Assembly (NCBI GenBank): GCA_050613775.1
Contig: JBODTK010000149.1
Location: 372,001-419,932 of the forward strand
Source of the DNA: Neocallimastix sp. 'constans'
Lineage: Eukaryota
DNA: 47,932 bases
Reading direction: 5' to 3'
In this document: positions 26,303-38,553 of the stretch, piece after piece
Numbering within the stretch: the first letter of the stretch is position 1
Layout of the letters: every line of letters starts with the position of its first letter
Notes under the pieces: model-generated
What the model was told of the DNA's origin: nothing
The model's database searches: none
The model's input: the letters and a program-made list of their open reading frames with translations, nothing else
Program-made: the position numbers and the translations under genes

Positions 26303-29300
26303 ATGCATGAAAGAATTGTTAAAGTAAGGGAAAAGATAAACGAAATTATTAAGAATAATGATATTTTAAAATTAAAGAAATATATAAAAGAAAATAATGT
26401 TCAACTAGAAGAATTAAATGATAAATATTCTGATATTTTAATAAAGTCAATAGAATGTAATAATTCTATTGAATTAATAAAATTTATTATAAGTAATGGT
26501 AAATATAAATCTTTAAACTATTCAATTCGTGAAAGTCCATATTACATTAAAAAATTTCCACTTTCTTCAGCAATTCAAAAAAATAATTTTAAAATTTCAG
26601 AACTTTTATATGAATATGGTGCAGATATAAATTATATTCCTTATAGTACACTAAAAAAAATTCTTGATAATAAAAATTCTTTATATATTTTAAGTAAAGG
26701 TATTAAAATATCAACAACTTTAATTAATAGTCTAATAAAGGATAGTAAAAATTATTTTTTAAAACAGATTTTTAAACATTTTCTTTTTGATGATGCTTTT
26801 ATATTAAATTTTCTTTCTATATACAAAAGTAAAACCGTAATTTCTAATCAACAATTAAATAGTATAATTCAAAGAGAAAAGGAAAAAGTTTTATTTAATC
26901 AATCCTTATATGCAACAGCTATTGATAATAGTAATTACTATTCATTAAAGATTTTATATGATAATGATACTAGAAACAAAAGCCAAATATTAGATGATTT
27001 TTATAATATATTTAATCAAAATCAATATATTAAAACCAAAGTCTTAACTGAAATTAGAAATTTAAAAGAACCATTTGATGAAGAATTTTATAATGAATTA
27101 AAAAAATTTATCACAGTTCAGGAAAAAAAAGAAAATATAATTAAATTAATTAAAAATAATGATATAGATGGTTTAGAAAAGTATGTTCTTAATAATAATA
27201 TTCATTTATCTTTTTTTAATAAAAAATACGATAAGTATAATGATATGTTAAAATTTTCAGTTGAAAATAATGGTTCAATTAAAATGATAAATTTTATAAT
27301 TAAACAATGCCATTATGATAATTTTAATTATACTGTTTATGTGAATGGAAGAGATAAAGCACTACTTTATTTTGTTATCATTAAAAATAAATTTAAAATA
27401 TTTGATTTATTAGTAAAAAAAGGTGCTGATGTTAACTATGGAAATATATTAAATTTATTATATGAAGAAGGTCTTCTTAATGGCAAAAATTTAAAATATA
27501 TTTTAAATAATAATTTCAATATATCACCTGAAATTTTTAATCAATTGATAAACAATAATCAATTCACTTTATTGAAAAGTATAATTAAACAATATGTATA
27601 TAATAATTTTTTTATCATAAATATACTTTCTCTTTATAAAAATAAAACACCGTTAACACAGAAACAACTAATAAATATTATAAAAACAGAAAAGAAAAAA
27701 ATTAATTTAAATAAATCTATTTATAAAAACGCTATTAATAAAGATGATATTGAATTAATAAAATTTATTTATGATAATGATGCAAGAGAAAATGATATTG
27801 TTGTGAATGAAATGTTTCAGATATTAGATGAAGATGAAAGAGTATATCATAGTGGAAAAAAAAATTCATATTTAAATAAAATAAAAAATGGTGAATTAAA
27901 AATAGATGTTGATGAACGTTTTATAAATAATCTAGATTACATTGAGGAACGAAGAAGAATTATTAAAGAAAATATTAGGTTAGATAGAACATCTGAATTA
28001 AAAGATTATGTATTAAAAAATAATTTATTTATATGTTATTTTAACGTTGATGGTTTTGATGTTTTAACCTATTCTATTAGATATAATTCGTCTATTGAAA
28101 TGCTGAAATTTATTCTTCCTTATTATACTAATCTAGATTATACTATTACTATTCATTCTTCATCAATTGATAAGTATGAATCACCTCTTTCATGCGCTCT
28201 TGCTCATAATAAATTTGATGTAGCTAATTTATTACTAAAATATGGTGCTGATAAATGTTATAAAATAAATAAATTGGATATTATTCATCATCTTTATATT
28301 AGTCGTACTCTAAATATTACAAATTTAAATTATATGATAAGTCATAATTTTATAATTACACCCGAATTAGTGAATACTTTAATTATTAATAATAAAAATG
28401 TTTATTTAAAACTCTTATTTAAAAAGTATATTTTTACTAATGAATATATTTTAAAATTACTTAATATTTATAAGAATCATAATCCACTGTCAAAGGCACA
28501 ATTTAATGCCATAGTATTAAAGGAAAAAAATAAAATCGAAATTAAATATACATGGTTTTGTGATGCACTTAAATATTATAATAATGATGCAATTGTCTTA
28601 TTTCTAAATCATGTTGGTGATGATTTTAATTTATTTTTGAATAAATTTAAGACTTCCGAAATATTTGAAATTTTAGATAATGCTGTTGAAAGAAATAATT
28701 ATATTCTTATTGAGCAATTATTAAGTTCTAAGTTAATAGATTTTAATATTATTAAGATAGATGAATTTTTATCCCGTGATTTCTTTTCACCAGAAAGAGT
28801 AAACCAAAATTTTAATAGTATGGAATTTTTTATTGAAAAAATGTTAAATAATGTGACATTCGATTTTAGAAATAATAGCTTCAATAAAATACTGTTGGTC
28901 ATTGGAAAAACGGAACATATTGAATTAGTCGAGTTCTTTATTCAAAGATCATTGAACCATAAAACATTTGATTTTAAAATTATAGCTTTTGAAAGACTTC
29001 TTTTATTAATTAACAAAATAAATGAAATTAATAAAAAGGAATATATTGATTTAGTTTATTTTATGATTGATAAATCTTTATCACATCCTACATTCGATTT
29101 TAAAATAATTAGTTTCGAAAATGTTTTATTGGAAATAAGTCAATATAATGATAATAATCTAATAAAATTATTCATTAGAAAATCGTTTATTCATGAAACG
29201 TTTGATCTCGAAAAAGTTAATATCAAAAATGTTTTAATTACATTAAAACAGTTGGATGATAATATTTCAGCTTTAGAATTTTTTATTGAAGAGTTATTGA

Positions 29301-32300
29301 ATTCAAAATCATTTAATATTAAAAATATTAATATTGAAGAGCTTTTATTGATATCAATTAACATGGAAAATGGTGATTTTACAGAGTATTTGATAAAAAT
29401 ATTATTAGAACATTCAACATTTAATTTTGAAGAAAATGTAAAAATTAAAGAAATTTTATTGACTTCAAATAAAATAGAAAATTTTGAGGTATTTAAATAT
29501 TTTATTGAAAAGATATTAAGCCATCACACATTGAAATTTAATAAGGTAACAATGGAACAGGCTTTGTTAGCTTTAAGCAAAATGAACGATATTTCAAAAA
29601 TTGAATTTATTCTTAAAAATATTTATAATAATGAAAAATTTAATGGTGAAATAGTTCATCCACATCATCTGAATTTTGAAAAAATTTTGTTGTCAGCTAA
29701 TCGGTACGATAATGTATATATTATGACTTTTATTTTAGAGAAACTTTTTAATTTACCTTCATTGGATTTATCAAAAGGAGATGTAAATCAAATTAATTTT
29801 AGTGTAATGAAAGAAATGGATACTCAATATTTATCTTTAATATTAAATACATTAATAAAGTTACATAATTTAAAATTAATAAGATTGTTATTTGAAAACG
29901 AAAATTTCAACAGCAGTATTGATTTTAATATCAAAGATAGAAATTATGAATATATAATTATTACAGTATCCGCTATGACTAAGTACAATGTAAAAGATTT
30001 AGAAATATTTGAATACCTACTAGATCATGGTGCAGATTTTAATGTAAAGGATATTAATGGTAATTCTTTATTATTAATAGCCATTAAGGATGGGAATTAT
30101 GTTATTTTGCAAAATTTATTTAAACGGAACATTACTATTGAATCCAATGTAGATAAGAAGGATTCATTTGTAGTAGATTATGATGAAAAAATAAGAAACA
30201 TAAAGCATTTGATAAACGATGGAAACACAAGTAGTTTCAAAATCCGTAAAACAATAAATGAATTAGACTTTTATGGATATAGTCTTCTGCATTATGCTCT
30301 TATTAGAGAAGATAAAAATGCAGTAAAATATTTGATAGATCAAGGTGCTGATGTTAATTTTAATAAAAATAGAAATTTACGTGGCCATTCTGCTCTTGAT
30401 ATTTCAATCCACATAAAAAACAAGGAATTATTTTTAATGTTACTTGAAAGTAAAACTCTATTAATTAATAAGTCGAATAGTAAACATGAAACACCAATTC
30501 TTACTCTTCTTAAAATTAACAATTTTTCTGTTGAAGAGAAGGCTGATTGGTTTATACATCTAATTCAAAAAGGAGCAAATGTCAATGTTTTTGATAAAAC
30601 TAAAAAATCATTGCTATTCTATGCATTTAAAGGTAATTTTTTATCTATAATTAAAGTTTTAATTAATAAAGGTATTTCAATTGATAGATCAATAAATGAA
30701 AATCAAATAGAATCTATTTTAATATCTGCAATTGATAATGATGATAGTAGTATTATTGATTTTATTGCAAAATATAAAATTAAAATTTATACAAATGATA
30801 TTATTAAGTCAATTATATCAAAAAATAAAATTGATTTATTGAAAGTTTTAATATCTAATAACTTAGATATTAATATGAAAGATAAAGACGAAAAAACATG
30901 TTTAATTTATGCTATTGAAAATGATAATGAGCCAATTATTCAATATTTATTAGATAATAATGCTAGTATAAAAGATGTGAATAATAATATAGATGTCATG
31001 GAATCTATTATCAAAAATGGTAATCTTTCTTTGTTAAAAATTTTAATAAAAAATCATTTAGATATCAATGAAAAGGATAAATTCAACCATACCCTTTTAA
31101 ATTATTCCATAAATTTTGGAAAAGAAGATATGATGAATTATTTAATTCAATGTAATGCTGATTTTTATAATATAAAGGATAAAGTCAAAATTATGGATAC
31201 CATATTTAAAAGTAATAATTTAAATTTATTAAAATCAATAATTAATAATCATTATATAAATGAAATATTGGAAGAAATAATACAAAAGAATAGAATAGAT
31301 TTATTAAAATTGCTAATAGCTAACGGTTTAGATATTAATAAAAAGTATGAAAATGGTAAAACAATCTTAATTTATGCCCTTGAGAAAAGAAATATAACTA
31401 TTGTTCATTATTTAATTGGGTGTAATGCAGATGTAAATAGTTTAAATAATTATATAATAAAAGAAATTATTAGTGAGGATAAGCTTGATTTATTGAAATT
31501 CTTTGTTGCTAATCATTTAAATATAGAATCGAAGGAGTCAACTGATAACAATAAGATAATATACCAATTTGATTTAACTGAAGAGAATGATTCAATAAAA
31601 AAACATATGAATAATATATTTGGAATAAATGCTTCATTGAAGAACAATAAAATTGAAATAATAAATCCGATTATTCAAAAAGATGAATTAGATCTTTTAA
31701 AGATGATTATACCAGGATACTTAGATGTTAATACTAAGGATGAAAATGGCAATACACCATTAATTTATGCTATTCAAGCTCAGAATATATCCATAATAAA
31801 ATATTTAATTGATCAAAAAGCTGATCTTGAAATTGTGAATAAATCCATAAAAATATTAGAAAATATTGTTAAGGATAATAATTTAGATCTTTTAAAATAT
31901 TTAATTAATCAAAAATTAGATATTATAAATGCAAAGGACTTTGAGAAAAATACACTTTTAATTTATGCTGTTCGATATGAAAATGAATCTATTATAAATT
32001 ATTTACTTGAAAAAGGAGCACGAACAGATGATCTAAAGATTGATATTGATATAGAACTTTTTGAAAAAATTTTAAATTTAAAACATCCAGAATTGTTTGA
32101 TATTTTATATAATAATAATAATATAGATGTTAATAAAAAAAATGACGCTGGAAAAACTATGTTACATTATGCTATTGAATGTGGTAATGAACAAATTATT
32201 GAATATTTAATGAATTGCGGGGCCAAAATTTCAAATATTGAAAAAGAAATTTTGGAATGTTTGAAGCGCTCTCATAATTTAAATGTATTAAAAATTTTGA

Positions 32301-32920
32301 TTGCCAATAATTTTGACATAAATATGGAAGATCAATATGGTAAAACGCTTTTGAATTATGCTATCTTGGATGGGGATGAAGCCATTATTAACGATTTAAT
32401 TAATTGTGGAGCGTATATTCGTAATTTCGATACAGAAATTATCAATAGTTTAAAAAACTGCTACAATTTAAGTGTTCTTAAAATTTTAACTGATAATGGA
32501 TTTAATATCAATATGGAAGATGAGTATGGTAAAACTTTGTTAATTCACGCCATTCAAGAAGATGCTTTCAATATTGTAAAAGATCTGATTGAAAATGGTG
32601 CCGATGCTAACAAAGAAGATAGGGATGGAAATACCCCATTAATTGCTGCCATTAAAAATGAAAATGTAGAAATAGTGGAGTACTTATTAGGCCATGATGC
32701 CTTTAAAAATGTAGAAAACGAATATGGCGATACCCCGTTAATTCTCTCCATTAAAATAGGTAGTGATCGAATGGTAAAATGTTTAATTGAGTGGGGAGCC
32801 TACATCAGTGATACCAATTATCTTAAAAATATTAATGAGCAATATAATTATGATGAAAAAAATCTATATATATACAATGAAATAAATGAACTTTTAAATA
32901 ATTGTAGAAGAAAATATTAA
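26303..32920 (+). CDS. 2205-aa multi-repeat ankyrin protein, CDS without introns
   Basis: Uninterrupted 6.6-kb ORF with many ankyrin motifs (PLSSAIQKNNFKISELLYEYGADIN, GYSLLHYALIREDKNAVKYLIDQGADVN, GNTPLIYAIQAQN, GNTPLIAAIKNENVEIVEYLLGHDA). No catalytic domain recognised. Confidence 0.93.
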   Translation: MHERIVKVREKINEIIKNNDILKLKKYIKENNVQLEELNDKYSDILIKSIECNNSIELIKFIISNGKYKSLNYSIRESPYYIKKFPLSSAIQKNNFKISELLYEYGADINYIPYSTLKKILDNKNSLYILSKGIKISTTLINSLIKDSKNYFLKQIFKHFLFDDAFILNFLSIYKSKTVISNQQLNSIIQREKEKVLFNQSLYATAIDNSNYYSLKILYDNDTRNKSQILDDFYNIFNQNQYIKTKVLTEIRNLKEPFDEEFYNELKKFITVQEKKENIIKLIKNNDIDGLEKYVLNNNIHLSFFNKKYDKYNDMLKFSVENNGSIKMINFIIKQCHYDNFNYTVYVNGRDKALLYFVIIKNKFKIFDLLVKKGADVNYGNILNLLYEEGLLNGKNLKYILNNNFNISPEIFNQLINNNQFTLLKSIIKQYVYNNFFIINILSLYKNKTPLTQKQLINIIKTEKKKINLNKSIYKNAINKDDIELIKFIYDNDARENDIVVNEMFQILDEDERVYHSGKKNSYLNKIKNGELKIDVDERFINNLDYIEERRRIIKENIRLDRTSELKDYVLKNNLFICYFNVDGFDVLTYSIRYNSSIEMLKFILPYYTNLDYTITIHSSSIDKYESPLSCALAHNKFDVANLLLKYGADKCYKINKLDIIHHLYISRTLNITNLNYMISHNFIITPELVNTLIINNKNVYLKLLFKKYIFTNEYILKLLNIYKNHNPLSKAQFNAIVLKEKNKIEIKYTWFCDALKYYNNDAIVLFLNHVGDDFNLFLNKFKTSEIFEILDNAVERNNYILIEQLLSSKLIDFNIIKIDEFLSRDFFSPERVNQNFNSMEFFIEKMLNNVTFDFRNNSFNKILLVIGKTEHIELVEFFIQRSLNHKTFDFKIIAFERLLLLINKINEINKKEYIDLVYFMIDKSLSHPTFDFKIISFENVLLEISQYNDNNLIKLFIRKSFIHETFDLEKVNIKNVLITLKQLDDNISALEFFIEELLNSKSFNIKNINIEELLLISINMENGDFTEYLIKILLEHSTFNFEENVKIKEILLTSNKIENFEVFKYFIEKILSHHTLKFNKVTMEQALLALSKMNDISKIEFILKNIYNNEKFNGEIVHPHHLNFEKILLSANRYDNVYIMTFILEKLFNLPSLDLSKGDVNQINFSVMKEMDTQYLSLILNTLIKLHNLKLIRLLFENENFNSSIDFNIKDRNYEYIIITVSAMTKYNVKDLEIFEYLLDHGADFNVKDINGNSLLLIAIKDGNYVILQNLFKRNITIESNVDKKDSFVVDYDEKIRNIKHLINDGNTSSFKIRKTINELDFYGYSLLHYALIREDKNAVKYLIDQGADVNFNKNRNLRGHSALDISIHIKNKELFLMLLESKTLLINKSNSKHETPILTLLKINNFSVEEKADWFIHLIQKGANVNVFDKTKKSLLFYAFKGNFLSIIKVLINKGISIDRSINENQIESILISAIDNDDSSIIDFIAKYKIKIYTNDIIKSIISKNKIDLLKVLISNNLDINMKDKDEKTCLIYAIENDNEPIIQYLLDNNASIKDVNNNIDVMESIIKNGNLSLLKILIKNHLDINEKDKFNHTLLNYSINFGKEDMMNYLIQCNADFYNIKDKVKIMDTIFKSNNLNLLKSIINNHYINEILEEIIQKNRIDLLKLLIANGLDINKKYENGKTILIYALEKRNITIVHYLIGCNADVNSLNNYIIKEIISEDKLDLLKFFVANHLNIESKESTDNNKIIYQFDLTEENDSIKKHMNNIFGINASLKNNKIEIINPIIQKDELDLLKMIIPGYLDVNTKDENGNTPLIYAIQAQNISIIKYLIDQKADLEIVNKSIKILENIVKDNNLDLLKYLINQKLDIINAKDFEKNTLLIYAVRYENESIINYLLEKGARTDDLKIDIDIELFEKILNLKHPELFDILYNNNNIDVNKKNDAGKTMLHYAIECGNEQIIEYLMNCGAKISNIEKEILECLKRSHNLNVLKILIANNFDINMEDQYGKTLLNYAILDGDEAIINDLINCGAYIRNFDTEIINSLKNCYNLSVLKILTDNGFNINMEDEYGKTLLIHAIQEDAFNIVKDLIENGADANKEDRDGNTPLIAAIKNENVEIVEYLLGHDAFKNVENEYGDTPLILSIKIGSDRMVKCLIEWGAYISDTNYLKNINEQYNYDEKNLYIYNEINELLNNCRRKY

Positions 32921-35900
32921 TTTTTGAGAATAACAATAAAATAATTGTTAAAAAAAAAATATGTATTATAATTAATTAAGGGTAACATTGTATATAAAAA
33001 AAATAAATAAATAAAAAATAAATAAATTGAATATAATAAATTTTAATCTTAATTAAAAAAAGTATAATTTTAAATATGATTTAAAGTCTTTATAAATATT
33101 ATATATAAAATACAACAATATATATATAACAATTAATAAAATTATTTTTTAAAAATCTTATTTTTACTAATTAAAATTTAAAAATAATAATAATAATAAT
33201 AATGATAATTAATACAAAGCATGATTTTAAGCAGAGTTATTTTTTTAAATCTTTATTTGTATTAATTAATAAAAAATTAAGCAAAACTTTAAAAAAAAAA
33301 AATAAATAAAAAATAAAATAGCTATTATTATTTTAATAAAATAAAAAACATAATCATATATATGCATAGTTTTAGCATAAACATAGCATAAATATACATA
33401 TATTGGCAATATATGCTTATATTATTATTAATATATCAAAAAAGTTATGTTGTTAATTAATTAAACATATGCATATATTGCTAATTAAAATAGCTATTAT
33501 TATTTTATTAAGTATAAATATATATATATGAAATTTTGTTAGATATTAAATAGATATATAAATAATTTATTATTTATAAAAATTTTTTTAAACTTTTACA
33601 TATTAATATTAATATTATTATTATTTATAATTATTTATAATTATTTATAATAATTTATATTTATTTATAATAATTTATAATTATTTAGAATAGTTTATAA
33701 TAATTAAATATTCTATATAATAATTATTGTTTTTATTAGAAAAGGATGAATGCTCAATAATGATAAAATATAACTATAAAGTTGTATTTTATTAATTTAT
33801 TATTATTTTACTTTAATTATTATTTTATTAAATTAAGAATTTCAATTTTAATAAAATTATATTACTTTTATATATATACAGAATTTAACTATAAACTATT
33901 TTAAATGATTCAGTTTAGTCTTAATTATTTAGATTTAATTTTTCTATTATTAAATGAAGAAGAAGAAAATAATTTTTTTTATTTCTTTTTTAATTATAAT
34001 ATATTAATATACCTATTGATGTTTTATTATAACTCTATATTAATAATTTGTTTTATTTGATTTAATACTTTAAATTTATAAAAATATTGAAAAACTGTTT
34101 TCCACATTAATAAAAAAATGTTTAAAGTTAGTATTAAAAAGGAAAATAGTATACAGCAAAAAAAATGTGAAAATATTTAATATAAATAATATTATATTCA
34201 TTTTAAACTCTATAGTTTTATATATATTATTTATGATTAATATTGCAATACTATAATAAAAGTTTATAATTTCCACTTTGAACTTTAAATGTGCATAATA
34301 TAAGATTACATTATATTTTTTTTTAATGAACTTTAAAAATTTTAAACCTTAATTTTTATTACTATTATTGAATATTTAATATTAAAATTTTATAATAATA
34401 TATAGATTATTAATTTAACAAATATCCAATTAATTAGTAAAATTGAATAATATATATATTAATTTTTCCAAAATAAAAGCTATAGATTATAATTATTAAC
34501 TATTTTAAAATATAAGATTTAAAAAAGCAAATTAATAATTAAAAAACTAGAAAAAAATTTTTTTAAAAAAATTTTAATTTAATTATTAAAAATATATATA
34601 TACATATTATTAAGGTTCCATATTAAATTTATTGTTAAAAAATTAATAATTAATAAAAATATTATAAAAAAAATTTTAGATATATTTTTACATACATTAT
34701 TACATAATAACATATGTTTAATAATCTATTTTCTAATTTAATTTTTATCATAATTAAATATTATTATCTTTAATAATTTATTAATGTTTTTTTCTATTAT
34801 TTTTTTTCTTATAATTTTTTATTTTTTGAATTCCTTTTTTTTATTATTAAATTATATTTTTTAAAAAGTAAATTTGAACTATTAAATATATTAATATGTA
34901 AAATAAATAATAGCATTTTATATTATATATGTAACATATATAATATAAATAATCATTCAATTCCTTTTATTTCAATTTTGATAATATAATATTTTACCTT
35001 ATTTTGTTTATATATATAAATATATATATGATTTTATAATAACTATATGATAAACATAATTAATTTTTTTTTAAATAAAATATAAAATATATTTAAATTA
35101 TATTAATTATAGTGTGTGTCATTATAATAAAACTTTAAAACTTCATTTATAATTAATATTATATAAATTTTGTATAATAATTATCTTATTTTAATAATTA
35201 AAAAAAAAATTGCAGATATTATTTAATTAATAAACTATTAAGAATTACTACTTCTTAAATATTTTATGCAATACTTTCCTTTTGGTTAAATATTTTTATT
35301 AAAAATCTTTTTATGTGAATAATAATAATTGAATATTTATAAATATTGAATATTTTATCCAAAAATAATATTTTTAGAAAGATAATTATTTTAATAAATA
35401 AATATTTTATATTTTTTATGTTTAATATTTAATGTCACAATTCATAACATTTTAATAATTTTATTTGAATATATGAAAAATTTTTATATTTTTAAAAGAA
35501 ATAAAAAACAAAATTTTGATTATTACAAATCTTTAATTAACAAAAAAAATAATAAGATAATATTAATATATTAATATTTATAAAGACAGAGCATATTAAC
35601 TCAATTATATATTCAAATTATTGGATTCAATATTTAATTTAAATAAATTTATATAACAAAAACCTTTCTAATAAAAAATTATTACATGAAAAGCTTTACA
35701 CAAAGTTACATAATTTTAATATAAAGATTATGTATTGAATTTGAGTCATAAATAAAATAAAATGAAAAAAACATTATTTAAAATAAAATTTTATTAAATT
35801 AAAAAATTATTAAAAAATTAAATATAAATTTTTACTAATATTTATTTATTTTACTGTATTTATTTAACATTATTAAATATAAATAAATTATTACTTTATA

Positions 35901-37587
35901 TAATTTTTTTATTATTTTACAGTATTTATTTCATTATATTAAATTTTTTTTTTAATAATAGATTTTATATATATAAAAAAAAAAGTTTAATATAAATCTA
36001 AAAAAAATTTTATTAATCTTTAATTTACTACTTTTAATATAAAATAAAAAAATTTTTTTATTTAAAATTTTAGTAAATACTATTAAAAAATATATAAATA
36101 AAAATTAATTTAATGTTCAATAGAAAAAATTTACATGTAACAAAATTATATATTTAAATATTTTTTGATAAATAGTAATAATAATAATGATGATTATGAC
36201 AATAATGATAATAAAAAGATATTATGGTTCAAGAAAAAATTATTTTTAAAATGTTCTTAAATAATAAAAGATAAATTTTCTATCCAAATAAAATAATAAA
36301 TTTTAAATATCTTATCTAATTCTGCTGAATTTAAATATTTTTATTTCTTATGCCAACTATTTTAAATTTACTGTATCTTTTCAATATTTTTTAATTAAAT
36401 AATTTTTTAATTTTAATTTTATTATTTATTATTATTATTTTTTTTAATAAAATTGATAATAAAATGATTATTTAATTGGGTTTAATTATAGATTTAAATA
36501 TTTTTTATAATTTTTTAATATTAACTCAAAAATATAGTTTTTAAATATATATATATATCGTTTTTATTATTAATTTTTTTAAAATTTTTTTAATTATTTA
36601 ATCAATTTTTTTATTGAATTTTAAAACTATTTAAATCAAGCAGTATAAATTAAAATGTTACATATGTTATATATATAAGAAGGAAAAAAAACTTTTACTA
36701 TAATTTATGTAAATAATTGTTAACTTTGAGTATTTATTAATAAAAGCTTTATACTTGATTCTATATATTTTTAAATATAATTAAAAAGTAAATGCTATGA
36801 TATATATATGACGATTTACAATAATTTTTTTTCTTACTCTTTTTATTATCATTTTTGTATTTAAAGTTTGAATGCCATCCATACAAGCATTATTATTTCT
36901 TAATAATTAATACTAATTTTAATTATTATGAAAATTTTTTTTTATTATTATTTATTATCAAATAAATTATTAATAAAGTTTAAATATATAATATTTAACA
37001 TATCAATTTATCAATTATATATAAATATATGATAAATTAAATTTTAATATATTATTCATAAATTATCATTAATTTTTAGATATATATATAAAAAAAAATA
37101 AAAATATGTAAAAATAAAAAATAAAAAAATAAAATAAAATAAAATAAAATATTATTAAAAATTAGTGTTTAAATATAAAGTAATTTGTAGTTAACTTCTG
37201 TATTCCCAAATAAAAAATGAAATATTTAAATGAGCATATTTTCCCTAATTTTCGAAATTTTACTTTTTTTATTTTTTTAGTAATCATAGAACTATAATTT
37301 AATTCGTTAAAAGTAATTAGTTAAAATTGAAAGGTAATTAATATTTTATTAGTTATAAATAATTATAATAATTGAGAATAAAATAGTAGAATCATAAATT
37401 ATAGTTATAAATAAATTGAAAAAAAAAATATTTATTAATAGTGGGATAATGATAATTAAATTATAATATAAATAGTAAATTTAAAATATTTTATTATTAA
37501 TATATAGTATTAAAAAAACCTTTCAGAAGAAATAATATTAATGTTTATAATATATTTTAGTTTTTATATCTTAAATTAGTATTCAAA

Positions 37588-38553
37588 ATGAAATTTCTTT
37601 ACAGTATTTTATTTGCTACTTCTTTATTAAGTCAATATAAATTGGCTTCTTCAGCTGATTTTCCAACATGTAGTGGTTGTACTCTTTATGCTCAAAGTAC
37701 TGATAATAATAAATGGGGCTGGGAAAATAATAATTTCTGTAGAATTCCATCATCATGCAGTTCCAATGGTTCTAATAGTAACTCTGGACCTTCAGATTCA
37801 TCTAATGATTCTAATAAGAAAACAACTACTACTGTCAAGAAAACTACTACTGTAGTTGCAGCTCCAACAAATTCTAATAATTCTAACAACAATAATAATA
37901 GCGATAATAATAATAATACGAATAATACTGATAATAATAACAATAATAATGATGCTTCAAATAATAACAATAATAACAATGATGCTTCAAATAATAACAA
38001 CAATAATAATAATGATGCTACAAATAATAACAACAACAATGGTGACAACAATAATAACAATAGCAGTGAATCTAACAATAATAGTAACAATGGTGATAAC
38101 AACTCAAACAACAATTCAGAAAGTAACAATGGAAACAACAATGACAACAGTAATACAAACAATGATCCATCTACTACTATTGCCAACAACAATAATAACA
38201 ATGTTAACGGTGGTGTTAAAATATGTTCAGATTGTGCTGCTGCAGCTACTGGTGGTGATGGTATTATTTACGGTTTTGAAAATGGATCTGTAAGTATTAT
38301 GAATTAATATATTAATTTTTTTCTATATAGATTACCTAAAATTAATATGATAAAAATATAAATTATTTCATTTTATTGAAAATAGTCTTGCCAAATTGAT
38401 ACTGTGAAGTGTGGTGGCAAAATTTCTTCTGGTAATGTTGATGGAAACTCAATTAATACTAACAATCAAGATTCAGGAAGTTCAAGCATTGCTGTAAATT
38501 TCTATATTACAATTGTTGCATTTATCTCTGCTTTAATTATTTACGGTTATTAG
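37588..38553 (+). CDS. Secreted, probably GPI/membrane-anchored non-catalytic protein (289 aa) with two CBM10/fungal-dockerin-like domains separated by a Thr/Asn-rich linker. Exons 37588-38289, 38386-38553
   Basis: Signal peptide MKFLYSILFATSLL...; domain 1 FPTCSGCTLYAQSTDNNKWGWENNNFCRIPSSC; domain 2 ICSDCAAAATGGDGIIYGFENGS|SCQIDTVKC completed by a phase-0 GTAAGT...TAG intron; C-terminus DSGSSSIAVNFYITIVAFISALIIYGY*. Confidence 0.85.

Noticed and set aside
28699..32751. Antisense ORFs inside the ankyrin gene
   Set aside because: Shadow ORFs of a long coding strand; no independent features
37673..38293. Overlapping ORFs (poly-Leu antisense, Ile/Thr-rich alternative frames)
   Set aside because: Products of the AAT/AAC Asn-codon linker read in other frames
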